Shown here piece by piece: positions 34,063-45,515 of a DNA stretch of 64,000 bases. The position numbers and the translations under genes are program-made. The stretch lies in the NCBI GenBank assembly GCA_964035575.1, contig OZ037839.1, positions 1,302,001 through 1,366,000 on the forward strand, in the 5' to 3' direction. The notes under the pieces were generated by a model. It had not been told where the DNA came from and ran no database searches. It worked only from the letters and a program-made list of their open reading frames with translations. This stretch comes from Rhynchopus sp. YZ270_cl-10. Lineage: Eukaryota. Numbering within the stretch: position 1 is the stretch's first letter; each line of letters opens with the position of its first letter.

Positions 34063-34879
34063 GGTCCGGGACAGGCTGCAGCGACGTTGTGTCGGGCACA
34101 GTGAGGAACGGCCAGCAGAGGAAGTCAGTGGTTGAAGCCCGTCCGAAACGCAGTGTGCACCACAGGAGGATTACCACAAGTGGCGGAGACGAACACACAA
34201 AGTGACGCCACGAGCTGCGCACTGCTCCCTCGAAGCTGCACGACGCACACCCTCACAGGCCACTCCTCCCGCAAGCACTGCAGACAACAGAGCTGGAATC
34301 GCTGCTGCAGCGGCTGCGTGTGTGCTGGGGTGTCATATGCGACGGCAACAGGCAGTTGGCCAGGGTGTGCACAAAGGTCGGAACGGTGTTGCAGCAGCAG
34401 TGCTTTGAGGGTGTATGGAGGTTGCAACACAAATGGATCGCATTCACCTTGCCACCGGTTCATTGCACTCCACCCTTGTAGCTCTTCCTCACAGCAGTTT
34501 TTTTTGAATACGCGGGTTTTCGAGGTTTTTTCGTGTCTTTTGGAGGTTTCACGTAAGAGAGAGAGAGGATGGACACGGTGGACAAAGAGAGGACAATAGC
34601 AAAATAGAGAATGGGGGGTATTTCATTTTGTTTCTATTTTGTTGCATCTTGCCTCAACCTTGTATCTTTTCCACCATACACGAAAAGCTCCATTTTAGAC
34701 ACCTGCTTCCGCTTCAAGACCTTACTCACTACCATATTTAAGGTGACTAAGCATGAGAGGCTTAGGTTCATCCCATAAGCTTTTGTTTTGTTTTGTTTAC
34801 TTGTGCTTTCATCCGGATGGCTGGCATCGTACGTGGGTCAGTCGGAGGTGCCTGCATTAATAACTTCACTTTGTTTGCG

Positions 34880-35166
34880 ATGGAAATCACAGTAGAGACC
34901 TCAGACCTGCTTGCCTCCTGCACGGTGGAGGTGGGGGAGACTGCTGTGTGGGGTGTGGTGTTCGATGCTGGGGCGGAGCTGCTGTCGTGCCTGGCTGAGG
35001 AGGTCGAGGTGACACTGCCGGACGAGACGGCGGTGGAGGGGGGGACGGCCGTGAGCTCCTCCTCCTTGCAGCACGGCGACACTGTCCACGTTGACTACAG
35101 CGCGGCGTACGCACGCAACCGTGCAAGGATGTGTCGCCACGTGAGGTGTACCGCTGTCTCAGCCCA
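34880..35166 (+). pseudogene. Fragment of another Ubl-domain gene, in frame with the downstream Ubl-LRR
   Basis: MEITVETSDLLASCTVEVGE...LQHGDTVHV is Ubl-like; its 3' end (GCAAGGATGTGT...CACGTGAGGTGTACCGCTGTCTCAGCCCAGC) recurs at ~36495-36541. Confidence 0.55.
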
Positions 35167-35245
35167 GCCTATTTTGTTGTATCTTGCCTCCCTCCTCCTC
35201 CTTCTCAACACCACCCCACAACAGAGCAACACTTCACTCGAAATA

Positions 35246-36022
35246 ATGGAACTGTATGTGCAGGGCTTGGGGAAGGACTTCCTGATGGAGGTGGGTGAGA
35301 ACGACACAACGGAGACGATGCGGCAGAAGGTGGCGTCTGCAACAGGGTTGTGCGAAGACAGCTTCCGCATGGGCTTCGGAGGGAAGGAGGAAGGAGAGGA
35401 CATCACAGAACTGAGTGCTGGAGACACAGTCGTGTTGACGAAAACGATGAAGTACGAAGCCATATCAGCTCTTCATGCATTGGGTGAGACAGACATCACA
35501 GCAGAAAGGTTGCAGCAGGTGGAGGATCCGAAGGTGGCCAGCTTGCTTCTTCAGGCAGAAGTTGCGACTGAGATTCCAGAAGCCTTCTTCTCAAGTAGTG
35601 ACGTAACGCGCATTGGTTTCAGTTGCGTACCCACAGTGGATGACAACTGTGGCATCACACTGCACCTGCCTGCATTACCTTGCGTCACCACGATTGCTCA
35701 CGGGTTTCTCTACAGCTGCATAAGGTTGTCGGAAGTGGACCTCACAGGCCTTCAAGCAGTCACCACGATTGGTGACGATTTTCTCTCCCAGTGCACCACG
35801 TTATCAGAAGTCGACCTGACCGGCCTGCAATCAGTCACCACGATTGGTGACTATTTTCTCTTCGACTGCCAAACGTTGTCGAAAGTGGACCTGACCGGCC
35901 TGCAAGCAGTCACCACGATTGGTGATGATTTTCTCTCCTCCTGCACATCGTTGTCGAAAGTCGACGGAAGGGACAAGTGTAGCAACGTTGTACGCAGCAG
36001 ACTAGGTTACGTTGGTTTTTAG
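35246..36022 (+). CDS. Ubl-LRR protein, type A (4 repeats)
   Basis: Type A paralogue; ATG at the position equivalent to the other copies; ORF stays open upstream to 34793. Confidence 0.85.
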   Translation: MELYVQGLGKDFLMEVGENDTTETMRQKVASATGLCEDSFRMGFGGKEEGEDITELSAGDTVVLTKTMKYEAISALHALGETDITAERLQQVEDPKVASLLLQAEVATEIPEAFFSSSDVTRIGFSCVPTVDDNCGITLHLPALPCVTTIAHGFLYSCIRLSEVDLTGLQAVTTIGDDFLSQCTTLSEVDLTGLQSVTTIGDYFLFDCQTLSKVDLTGLQAVTTIGDDFLSSCTSLSKVDGRDKCSNVVRSRLGYVGF

Positions 36023-36377
36023 GGGCAGTAAAGAAAGCGGGAGTGGGAATTGGGGTGTTAGGATTATTGGGTGTGTTTGGGCGGGTGGTGGAGGTAGGTA
36101 ACACAAATGGATGGCCTTCACCTTGCCACCGGTTCATTTCACTCCACCCTTGTAACGAGACTCTCAGTTCTTCCTCACAGTAGTTTTTTCAATACGCGGG
36201 TTTTCGAGGGGTTTTCGTGTCTTTTGTGGTTTCAAACAGAGAGAGAGAGAGGATGGATACGGTGAACAAAGAGAGGACGACAGCAAAATAGAGAATGGGG
36301 GGTATTTCATTTTGTTTCACTGTTTCAATGTGACCAGGCACGAGAGGCTTACGTTCATCTTATGAACCTTCCTTTCC

Positions 36378-36689
36378 ATGAAGGTGTATACTGTGAGCCC
36401 TTCCACACTGCAGCTTTTACCCCATGCGGACGCTGCATCACACAGGACTCATGACCCTGTGTGTGCACTGAGCCCCGCGGTGCGGATCGCGGACTGCAAG
36501 GATGTGTGGCCACGTGAGGTGTACCGCTGTCTCAGCCCAGCGTTGCGTGAGGACAAGGTGTTGCTGCAGAAGCTTGCCCAACGGAGGAGACGCATCGTCC
36601 GTTTCTTCCCATCGCAGCTCTTTGAATGCTTGTGTTCAGCTTCAACATATTTTCCATTTCTCTCTTCTCACAACCGGCAAGTGAAATAA
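36378..36689 (+). pseudogene. Gene fragment, possibly DUF4116-like repeat
   Basis: VYRCLSPALREDKVLLQKLAQRRRRIVRFFPSQL resembles the helical repeats of the 54103-56022 protein; truncated. Confidence 0.4.
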
Positions 36690-36857
36690 ACAAGAAAGCT
36701 ATTTTGTTGTCAGCCCAAAGTCTTTTCTACTCCACATATGTGTCAGGGTGAGGATGAGTGAAAAACAAAACAAAGAAAGTTATTTTGTTGTATCTTGCCT
36801 CCCTCCTCCTCCTTCTCAACACTTACCCCACAACAGAGCAACACTTCACTCGAAACA

Positions 36858-38426
36858 ATGGAACTGATTTTCCAGGGCTTGGGGAAGGACTTAGTGATGG
36901 AGGTGGGTGAGAACGACACAACGGAGACGATGCGGCAGAAGGTGGCGTCTGCAACAGGGTTGTGCGAAGACAGCTTCCGCATGGGCTTCGGAGGGAAGGA
37001 GGAAGGAGAGGACATCACAGAACTGAGTGCTGGAGACACAGTCGTGTTGACGAAAACTACTAAGTACCAATCTGTTGAGGAACTTCGTGCCTTGGGTGAG
37101 ACAGACATTTCCGAAGCGAGGTTGGCGACTGTGAAGGATCCTGAGGTGGCTTCTCTGCTTCTTCAGGCGGAGGTTGCGACTGTTATTCCGAGGCATTTCT
37201 TGAGTCTCGCGTCATCGTTTACGAGACTTGATCTCTCTGCTGTGTCTGTTGTGACACGAATTGAGCATGCCTTCCTCTTCGGGTGTGCGTCGGTTACAAC
37301 CGTTGACTTGTCGGGATTGTGCAACGTTACGCACATTGGGAATGACTGTCTTTCGCACTGCACATCGTTGACAAGCCTTGACGTGTCAGGGTTCACTGGT
37401 GTGACGCTGATAGAGAACGGATTCCTCCAAGGAAGTGGCGTCACAGAGCTTGACTTATCCCGGATGACGAGTGTGACGAAGGTTGGCCGAAGTTTTCTTT
37501 TCAACTGCGACTCGTTGGAAAGGATTGACATCTCGGGATGGCGCAGAATCACGCACATTGAAGACGGCTTCCTCCAGAACTGCACCTCGTTGGCAACCAT
37601 TGATTTGTCAGCTTTTTGCAGTGTCACGAAGATCGGCTCCAAGTTTCTCCACTCCTGCAAGTCGTTGACCACCATCAGCTTTTCAGGAATGACCAATGTG
37701 ACGGTAATAGGCGAAGACTTTTGCACGGGTTGCACCTCGTTGGAAACGATTGATTTGACAGCACTGCACAGAGTTGTGAGGGTAGGGTACAACTTTCTTA
37801 CGAGCTGCACCTCGCTGGCTAGTCTTGACCTCTCAGCTTTTGGCAGTGTCGCAGCTATCGGGCACAGCTTTCTTAGTCAGTGTTCATCATTGAAAACAGT
37901 TGACTTATCAGTGTTGTGCAGCATCAGGCTCATTATGCGTGGCTGGATGCAAGAATGCTCCGCGTTGACAACAGCAGACTTATCAGGAATGAGCAATGTT
38001 AGCCACATTAATGGATCTTTTCTGCAAGGGTGCGCATCCTTGACGACGCTGGACATGTCCGGTATAGGCAGTGCCACAAGGATCCAACACGACTTCCTGC
38101 GCAACTGCAACGCACTCACAACAGTCGTCTTGCCAGGCAACATCGACATTCACGAGATGCCTCTCCCGATTGAAGTCGAAAAGAACGACAGCAGCAGGAA
38201 GACCTTCCATGCATGTGCATGTGACATTTCCGCAAGGTTTACGGAACAGTTCGGAGGTGTGCGGACAGAAGATCTGGTACGAACAGACGTGTCTGGAAGT
38301 GCAAGACAATGTATTGCATTGAAAGCAGGACAAGAAGGAGAAGGTTTGATGCAAGCACAAGAGGACGAGGACAAGCAGGAACTGGACAAACAGGAGCATG
38401 ACAAGCAAGGGCATTTGGAGGGTTAG
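36858..38426 (+). CDS. Ubl-LRR protein, type B (two more repeats than 32647)
   Basis: Colinear with 32647-34062 plus ~50 aa of extra LRR. Confidence 0.85.
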   Translation: MELIFQGLGKDLVMEVGENDTTETMRQKVASATGLCEDSFRMGFGGKEEGEDITELSAGDTVVLTKTTKYQSVEELRALGETDISEARLATVKDPEVASLLLQAEVATVIPRHFLSLASSFTRLDLSAVSVVTRIEHAFLFGCASVTTVDLSGLCNVTHIGNDCLSHCTSLTSLDVSGFTGVTLIENGFLQGSGVTELDLSRMTSVTKVGRSFLFNCDSLERIDISGWRRITHIEDGFLQNCTSLATIDLSAFCSVTKIGSKFLHSCKSLTTISFSGMTNVTVIGEDFCTGCTSLETIDLTALHRVVRVGYNFLTSCTSLASLDLSAFGSVAAIGHSFLSQCSSLKTVDLSVLCSIRLIMRGWMQECSALTTADLSGMSNVSHINGSFLQGCASLTTLDMSGIGSATRIQHDFLRNCNALTTVVLPGNIDIHEMPLPIEVEKNDSSRKTFHACACDISARFTEQFGGVRTEDLVRTDVSGSARQCIALKAGQEGEGLMQAQEDEDKQELDKQEHDKQGHLEG

Positions 38427-38865
38427 GGTCCGGGACAGGCTGCAGCGACGTTGTGTCGAGCACAGTGAGGAACGGCCAGCAGAGGAAGTCAGTGGTTGAA
38501 TCCGTCCGTGCACCACAGGAGGATTCCCACAAGTGGCGGAGACGGACACACAAAGTGACGCCACCAGCTGCGCACTGCTCCCTCGAAGCTGCACGACGCA
38601 CACCCTCACAGGCCACTCCTCCCGCAAGCACTGCAGACAACAGAGCTGGAATCGCTGCTGCAGCGGCTGCGTGTGTGCTGGGGTGTCATATGCGACGGCA
38701 ACAGGCAGTTGGCCAGGGTGTGGTTCATCTTTAATATGTTTTCCATTTCTCTCTTCTCACAACCGACAAGTGAAACAAACTAAGAAAGCTATTTTGTTGT
38801 ATCTTGCCTCCCTCCTCCTCCTTCTCAACACCACCCCACAACAAGGCAACACTTCACTCGAAACA

Positions 38866-39792
38866 ATGGAACTGATTTTCCAGGGCTTGGGGAAGGACTT
38901 CGTGGTGGAGGTGGGTGAGAACGACACAACGGAGACGATGCGGGAGAAGGTGGCGTCTGCAACAGGGTTGTGCGAAGACAGCTTCCGCATGGGCTTCGGA
39001 GGGAAGGAGGAAGGAGAGGACATCACAGAACTGAGTGCTGGAGACACAGTCGTGTTGACGAAAACGATGAAGTACGAAGCCATATCAGCTCTTCATGCAT
39101 TGGGTGAGACAAACATCACAGCAGAAAGGTTGCAGCAGGTGCGGGATCCGAAGGTGGCCAGCTTGCTTCTTCAGGCAGAAGTTGCGACTGAGATTCCAAA
39201 AAACTTCTTCCCACGTAGTAACGTAACGCGCATTGGTTTCAGTTGCGTACCCAATGTGGATGACAACTGTGGCATCACACTGCACCTGCCTGCATTACCC
39301 TGCGTCACCACGATTGGTCGCTGGGTTCTCTGCGACTGCCCAATGTTGTTGAAAGTCGACCTCAGAGGCCTTCAAGCAGTCACCGCGATTGGTGACAATT
39401 TTCTCTTCTCCTGCACCACGTTGTCGGAAGTGGACCTGACTGGCCTGCAATCAGTCACCACGATTGGTGACGAGTTTCTCTCCGAGTGCACAGCGTTGTC
39501 GGAAGTGGACCTGACCGGCCTGCAAGCAGTCACCACGATTGGTGCCTATTTTCTCTCCTCCTGCACCACGTTGTCGAAAGTAGACCTGACCGGCCTTCAA
39601 GCAGTCACCACGATTGGTGCCCATTTTCTCTCCTCCTGCACCATGTTGTCGGAAGTGGACCTGACCGGCCTGCAAGCAGTCACCACGATTGGTAACTATT
39701 TTCTCTCCTACTGCACATCGTTGTCGAAAGTCGACGGAATGGACAAGTGTAGCAACGTTGTACGCAGCAGACTAGGTGACGTTGGTTTTTAG
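38866..39792 (+). CDS. Ubl-LRR protein, type A body with type B leader (6 repeats)
   Basis: Starts MELIFQGLG like type B and continues KTMKYEAISALHALG like type A. Confidence 0.87.
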   Translation: MELIFQGLGKDFVVEVGENDTTETMREKVASATGLCEDSFRMGFGGKEEGEDITELSAGDTVVLTKTMKYEAISALHALGETNITAERLQQVRDPKVASLLLQAEVATEIPKNFFPRSNVTRIGFSCVPNVDDNCGITLHLPALPCVTTIGRWVLCDCPMLLKVDLRGLQAVTAIGDNFLFSCTTLSEVDLTGLQSVTTIGDEFLSECTALSEVDLTGLQAVTTIGAYFLSSCTTLSKVDLTGLQAVTTIGAHFLSSCTMLSEVDLTGLQAVTTIGNYFLSYCTSLSKVDGMDKCSNVVRSRLGDVGF

Positions 39793-40521
39793 GGGCAGTA
39801 AAGAAAGCGGGAGTGGGAATTGGGGTGTTAGGATTATTGGGTGTGTTTGGGCGGGTGGTGGAGGTTGCAACACAAATGGATGGCCTTCACCTTGCCACCG
39901 GTTCATTTCACTCCACCCTTGTAACGAGACTCTCAGTTCTTCCTCACAGTACTTTTTTGAATACGCGGGTTTTCGATGTTTTTTCGTGTCTTTTGGGGGT
40001 TTCAAACAGAGAGAGAGGATGGATACGGTGAACAAAGAGAGGACGACAGCAAAATAGTGAATGGGGGGTATTTCATTTTGTTTCACTGTTTCAATGTGAC
40101 CACGTACGAGAGGCTTGCGTTCATCTAATAAACCTTCCTTTCCATGAAGATGCCTCGCAAAAAGGCCCGTTCATTTACGTCAGGGGAGAAAACCGAAGAA
40201 ACCGGATGTTGGCGAAAAAAAAACCCCCCCTAGCTAATGCCCTGGATGTATCACAGCACAAAGCAGACCAAAATCACTAAATATGCAGTCTTGCTATCCT
40301 GCGATCGAATTCAATACATTTTAATATTGTGTATGCGTATGAGCCCCATGAGATTCTCCCCAAGAGAGTTACGTGTTGCATCATCACAAACGGGTGAAAT
40401 GGCGGCTGGGGCTGCGGGGGACTCTCGTTTACGCTGCTTGAGCAGTCGGCGCTAACTACTGCACGTATTTTTGTTGAGACAAATGGGGGGTTGTTTTAAA
40501 ATTTGGCTGGCCTCGTTGTGT

Positions 40522-40794
40522 TTAGGCCTCTCCTTGCGTGTTGTGCGCAAGAAGCATCGTCATTCCTGAGGGATGGCATCTCAGATTCACTTCATCCGTG
40601 AGATGGGCACGTAATCCGTCCCACATAAAGACGGCGTGGGCATGACGCCCGAAGTGTTTCCCTTTGCTTTTCGATGTAGGGCTGCAGTGTTGTACTTCGC
40701 ACGGAGACAGTTGGGCTTGTTGCCCAATGTGAATGGGGTTTGGGTACAGTGGATGCTGTACAATGGCGCACATCGTGTGTGTGGGGTAGGGCAC
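40522..40794 (-). pseudogene. pogo/Tigger-like DDE transposase remnant
   Basis: AVFMWDGLRAHLTDEV...PSGMT matches the pogo pattern LLxWDxxRAHLTDxV...IPxGxT; no intact ORF or TIRs found. Confidence 0.6.
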
Positions 40795-41114
40795 ATCTGA
40801 TGTTCACGTCTAATGGGTTTTAGTTGGGAAATGGTTTTGCAGGCCCACCTGTCCCACCAAAAAGGGAAACTCCAGGGTTTGTTGGGTTTGTTGGGGTACA
40901 CTGTGGAGGTGAAAGCTTAGTGCCCTCTGGAAAGGCGTATGCATGGCATGCGGACGCTTCCGTGGCTCCTCTGTTGTACTGGGAGCTGAGGACTCCTACT
41001 CACGCCATCTCCTTCGCCCCATTACACCAGCCCCCATACTGCCCACAACTTCTCATACACCATACAACACATTATTCACCACTTTCCCATATACATCAGA
41101 CTTTTGCCAACACA

Positions 41115-42683
41115 ATGACCATGCTTATGGCTGTTGCAACAGCCATGCTGGGTGCACATGCTACCAACTTTCTGATGATCGCTGTCGACGACCTGCGCCC
41201 CGACATTGCCGGTCTCTACGGTCAAGACTTTGTCAAGACACCCAACCTGAAGCGCCTGCAGGCCATGGGCACTACCTTCGAACGTGCCTATTGCCAAGTC
41301 GCGCTGTGCTCCCCAAGCCGCACCTCACTGCTGACCGGGCTGCGCCCCGACACGAGCCGGGTCTATGAGATCGGACCTTTCTTCAGAAACACCATGCCCA
41401 ACGGGACAGGCGCAGACGTCAAAACCCTTCCACAGTGGACGAAGGAGCATGGCCTCTGGACGACCGGCTCCGGCAAGATCTTCCACCCAGGTACAAGCAG
41501 TGGCGGCCCTGGAAAGGAGGGAGGTGGTGACGGCGGGTACCCCTTCATGACAAACGGGTCGTGGTCCGAGCCTTACTACTTCTGCGATCAGTTCTACAAT
41601 GGGTCCTTCCAGAGCCCTGTTGCGCAGGACTTCCCCGGGGAGAAGGCGGGATGCATCCAGGATGCTGAGTGCATCGAATGCTTGACCAAGGCAGGCAGCA
41701 TTACTGCAGCGGGGAAGCCTGCGATTTCTCACGCCGACTGTCCCGACCGTTGCTACCCTGATGGAGACGTCGCGAGGGAGACAGTCCGCAAGCTGCACAG
41801 CAACATGACACAGCCGTTCTTCCTCACTGCGGGGTTGAAACGCCCGCATCTTGGATGGTTTGTGCCACAGAACTACTGGGACAAATACACGACTGAGGAC
41901 ATCACTATCGCGACGCACCGTAGCCCGCCGAACATCTCACACACCTCCTTCGGGACCAACAGCGAGATCTGTGGTATGGACAACATCAACTGCACAAAGA
42001 CCGAGGACGACTTCCCCATTGTTGCCGATGAGATGCACCAATACCTACGCCACGGATACTACTCCGCTGTGACCTTCATGGACTCCCAGCTGGGGCTCAT
42101 CCTCGATGCGCTTGTGGACACAGCGCTTGTTGACAACACCGCAGTGCTCTTCTGGGGTGACCACGGCTACCAGCTTGGCGAGCACGGCCTCTGGTCGAAA
42201 ATCACAAACTTCGAGCTCGCAACCCGTGTCCCCCTCATTGTCGCCCTCCCACACCACCCCGAGGAAACAAAGGGAAAGTCTGCCTCCGGGTTTGTGGAGC
42301 TCCTTGATGTGTTCCCGACAGTAGTGGAGGTGCTTGGGTTGCCTGCACCGGAGGCTTTGCAGGGGGTGTCCTTGATGCCGTTGCTGACTGGAGAGAAAAA
42401 GACGATCATGGACGCAACCTACAGCCAAATCCAAAGGGTGCAGACGATGGGTCTGTCCATGCGTGTGGAGGGCTGGCGTTTCACGGAGTGGACGGCGTTC
42501 AACTACAGTACAGGGCGTGCCATTTATGACGCGGCGAACACAGATCTGGAGCTCTACTCTCATGGTGAAGGAGCGGAGTCGGATTTCAATGAATTTGAGA
42601 ATGAGAACCTCGCAAAGCTGCCGCAAAACAAACAATTTGTGGCGGAAATGCGTGCTAAGCTTTGGGCACAGTGGAAGAATTAG
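41115..42683 (+). CDS. Formylglycine-dependent sulfatase, iduronate-2-sulfatase-like
   Basis: Signal peptide; NFLMIAVDDLRP; CSPSRTSLLTGLRPD; GKIFH; KRPHL; WGDHGYQLGEHGLWSKITNFELATRVPL. Confidence 0.92.
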   Translation: MTMLMAVATAMLGAHATNFLMIAVDDLRPDIAGLYGQDFVKTPNLKRLQAMGTTFERAYCQVALCSPSRTSLLTGLRPDTSRVYEIGPFFRNTMPNGTGADVKTLPQWTKEHGLWTTGSGKIFHPGTSSGGPGKEGGGDGGYPFMTNGSWSEPYYFCDQFYNGSFQSPVAQDFPGEKAGCIQDAECIECLTKAGSITAAGKPAISHADCPDRCYPDGDVARETVRKLHSNMTQPFFLTAGLKRPHLGWFVPQNYWDKYTTEDITIATHRSPPNISHTSFGTNSEICGMDNINCTKTEDDFPIVADEMHQYLRHGYYSAVTFMDSQLGLILDALVDTALVDNTAVLFWGDHGYQLGEHGLWSKITNFELATRVPLIVALPHHPEETKGKSASGFVELLDVFPTVVEVLGLPAPEALQGVSLMPLLTGEKKTIMDATYSQIQRVQTMGLSMRVEGWRFTEWTAFNYSTGRAIYDAANTDLELYSHGEGAESDFNEFENENLAKLPQNKQFVAEMRAKLWAQWKN

Positions 42684-43173
42684 AAAAAAAAGGGAAAAAG
42701 AACAAAAAACAAAAAAAAAAAAAAAACAAAGCCTTAGGGCGACATTGTGTACAGATTCTACCTCGGTAGGTGATTGTCGATACAACAAAAAAGTACGGCT
42801 TTGGCCGATGAGTGCAAGATCTTTATACCAGGTGTGAAGTGATTGTCAAAACAAAAAAGAAGGAAAAAAAAAACCCCAAGAAGTGTGTATTGTGCGTATT
42901 GTTTAAAGGTGGCTAAGCACTTTTGTGGAGCTTAGGTACATCTTACCCGAACGTTTTTATTTATTTATTTTTGTGTGATTTTTCATTTTTCATTTTTTTT
43001 TTTATTTTTGTTGCTCTCGTATGTTATCACCATTCACTATTTTTAAAATCCTTTTGAAATGAGACGGGCCATGTGGTCATCTTATACAGTTACCATACCC
43101 GATCTTTTCAACAGTTTTGTTTCCTTCCCTCCTCCTCCCTCTCAACGGCTTCCAAACAAAATACTAGACCAGC

Positions 43174-44425
43174 CAGGGTAGATCCTTATTTTCGCTAAAA
43201 ACGCTAAAAATACCAGATTTATTTTCGTTTTTTTCCTTTTTTTTTTCTCTCCCGTTTTTGAGATTTTTCCGCGCAGGCCTGACGCTAACTTTCAGGTTTT
43301 TGGGAAATCGTGTGGGGTTGACGGTTTGTCCGCGAGCGCAGCGAGCGCAAAAATTGAGTGACGGTCTAAAAAAAACCAACAAGCAGGTTGGTACTGTACT
43401 GAGGCAGAATAGTGGTGTTTTTTTACACATCTCAGCTGTCGTAGAACTAAACCCCAGGGGATAATATAGGTTTTGGGGGTTTTCGCTGAAACTCGGTCAA
43501 AACTCGGTCGAGCCCAACCCAGCTCGTTCGGGGACTCCGGCGGAATGTGAGAACTCCTCGGTTATCCAACTGCGGAGTTCGGCACTGCATTGATATTTGC
43601 ACCAGGCACACGCAGTATCAGTAACCTCAGTACATTTGCCATGGCGAAGCCACGGTACGCAACATTTCTAAAAACTGCGCTCAAAATTGCACATTTTTAC
43701 TGCCAAACTATGTCATGGGAAGGGTGGGTTGCAAGCTTGCGCCGAAGGCGCACGGTACGCCACTTTTTTCTCTCGCCATACTGCATGCTTCCTTTTCCTT
43801 CGGCGTTTGACCAATTAAATCGCGTTCTGGCTGTGACCCTTGTCGGACACTGCGCCCTCTGACAAGGGTAATCCTTTCTAGAAACATTCTGAAAAAAGTG
43901 GTAGTGCCGGCATTAGCAAGAAAATTTTCCAGTGGTTAGGTTCGCAATTTTTGGGCCAAGTTCAAAATCCCACAAAAAATTAAGCGGGGATTTTCGACGA
44001 TTTTGGCCTAACAGTGTTGTGTTTCTGCCTTGGTCCGGTTGAAGTCTTTATCCGTCCGCTTTGCGGGTTTGTGGACATCGTAATTGTGTTCTTCAAAAAT
44101 ACGCTTCAAAATTGTCTTATGCAAGGTGACACTGAGAATTGACACTCATTGGTACTTGTCTTATGAAGTGAAGACAAATATTGAAGGGGCATTGGCGGGC
44201 CGAAGGCCAGCCAAAAAAACGGTAGCGAACTTTTACTTTTTTTCCTTTTGGTTTCCCCCTTATTTTGACTTTCCGGATCGATTGCGGACCGTGGTGGTGC
44301 CACTCTGTGGCTGGAAATTAGTAGGTAACCAAAAAAATGGGCCAGAGAAAAAAGGAAAAAAAAAAAGGAAAAAAAAATAAAAAATCTCGGATCCTTATTT
44401 TCACTTTCGCTAAGGATCTACCCTG
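43174..44425. mobile_element. Non-autonomous hAT-type element
   Basis: TIR CAGGGTAGATCCTTA / TAAGGATCTACCCTG; 8-bp TSD AGACCAGC (43166-43173, 44426-44433). Confidence 0.9.
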
Positions 44426-44523
44426 AGACCAGCCTCCAAAAAATCTTTTTTTTTTTCAAAAACGTACAAACCACCAAATATATCCAGAAATTGGATCCAG
44501 TTTCTGGACTCCTTTTGAACCTT

Positions 44524-44578
44524 AAAGTTTATAGGATGATCCTAAGCACGAGAGGCTTAGGATCATCTTATAAACTTT
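44524..44578 (+). repeat. Longest copy of the dispersed sense-strand hairpin family A
   Basis: AAAGTTTATAG-GATGATCCTAAGC-ACGAGAG-GCTTAGGATCATC-TTATAAACTTT; related copies are listed in the findings. Confidence 0.8.
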
Positions 44579-45515
44579 TCTTTGAATCTCTCGCAACTCT
44601 CTTACAGCGCGTCCGTAATATAGCCCCGCACTGTAAGAGAGTTGCAGCGGTTGCGAGAGCTTCAAAAGGAGTCTTAATCGCGCCTAATTATGGGTAAGTC
44701 CAATATTTACCCATAATTAAGTTACCCATAATAAAACGCGTCCGTAATATAGCGCCCCACTGTATGTCCAGGCAATCGAACGAGGTGTCATCTCTGAGCG
44801 TGTAGAAGGGCGATATTTTTAAGGAGTGAAAGAGAAAAAAAAAAAGTTTCTTGGATTTATTGGTTGTTTGCATTTTTAAAAAAGAGTGCATTCAATTCCT
44901 TTGTTTGAGATGTGTATACACTTGAGGTATATTCATCATTCAAAAAATTTTTTTTGTTCGGACATACCGGCATTCTAGAGTTGTCGGCATCAACTTGCAC
45001 TTTTTTTTTTTATTTTGATGAAAAAAGGTAAGGCCAATTTAGCTTGGTAGATGTCCAGGGTTCAGGAGACCAGGACCTTATTTGTAAACCACCTGATTTT
45101 TACCGAATAAGGACCGTATACGCGCCTGTACGTGGGGTAAAAATCAGGTGAGTAAAATAGGTGAAAAAAAGGGGGAAAAAAAGGCCCATCTGAATTTTAT
45201 CAGCAGTTCAAGTGTATTTTTTTTTACCTCTTTTTTACCCCTCCTTTTTTTGAGTTTTTTGTTTGAAAGATCTGCTTCGCAGTCTTGCAGCAGTTTATCT
45301 TCTGGGAAAACCCCCACATCCCCATCCCCCCTCCCTCAATCCTTTTTTTTTTAAAGATGACCAGCGAGTTGTCAATCTCGACCCCTCCCAGAGCACCATC
45401 ATTGTGTGTGTTTTTTTTTAGCTCTCATTGCGCTTTGACTTTCCAAAATACGCTTCCCAACGGGAAATAAGCTGGAATATGAGAGGCACTCTTATTTTAA
45501 AAAAAAGGCTAGATA

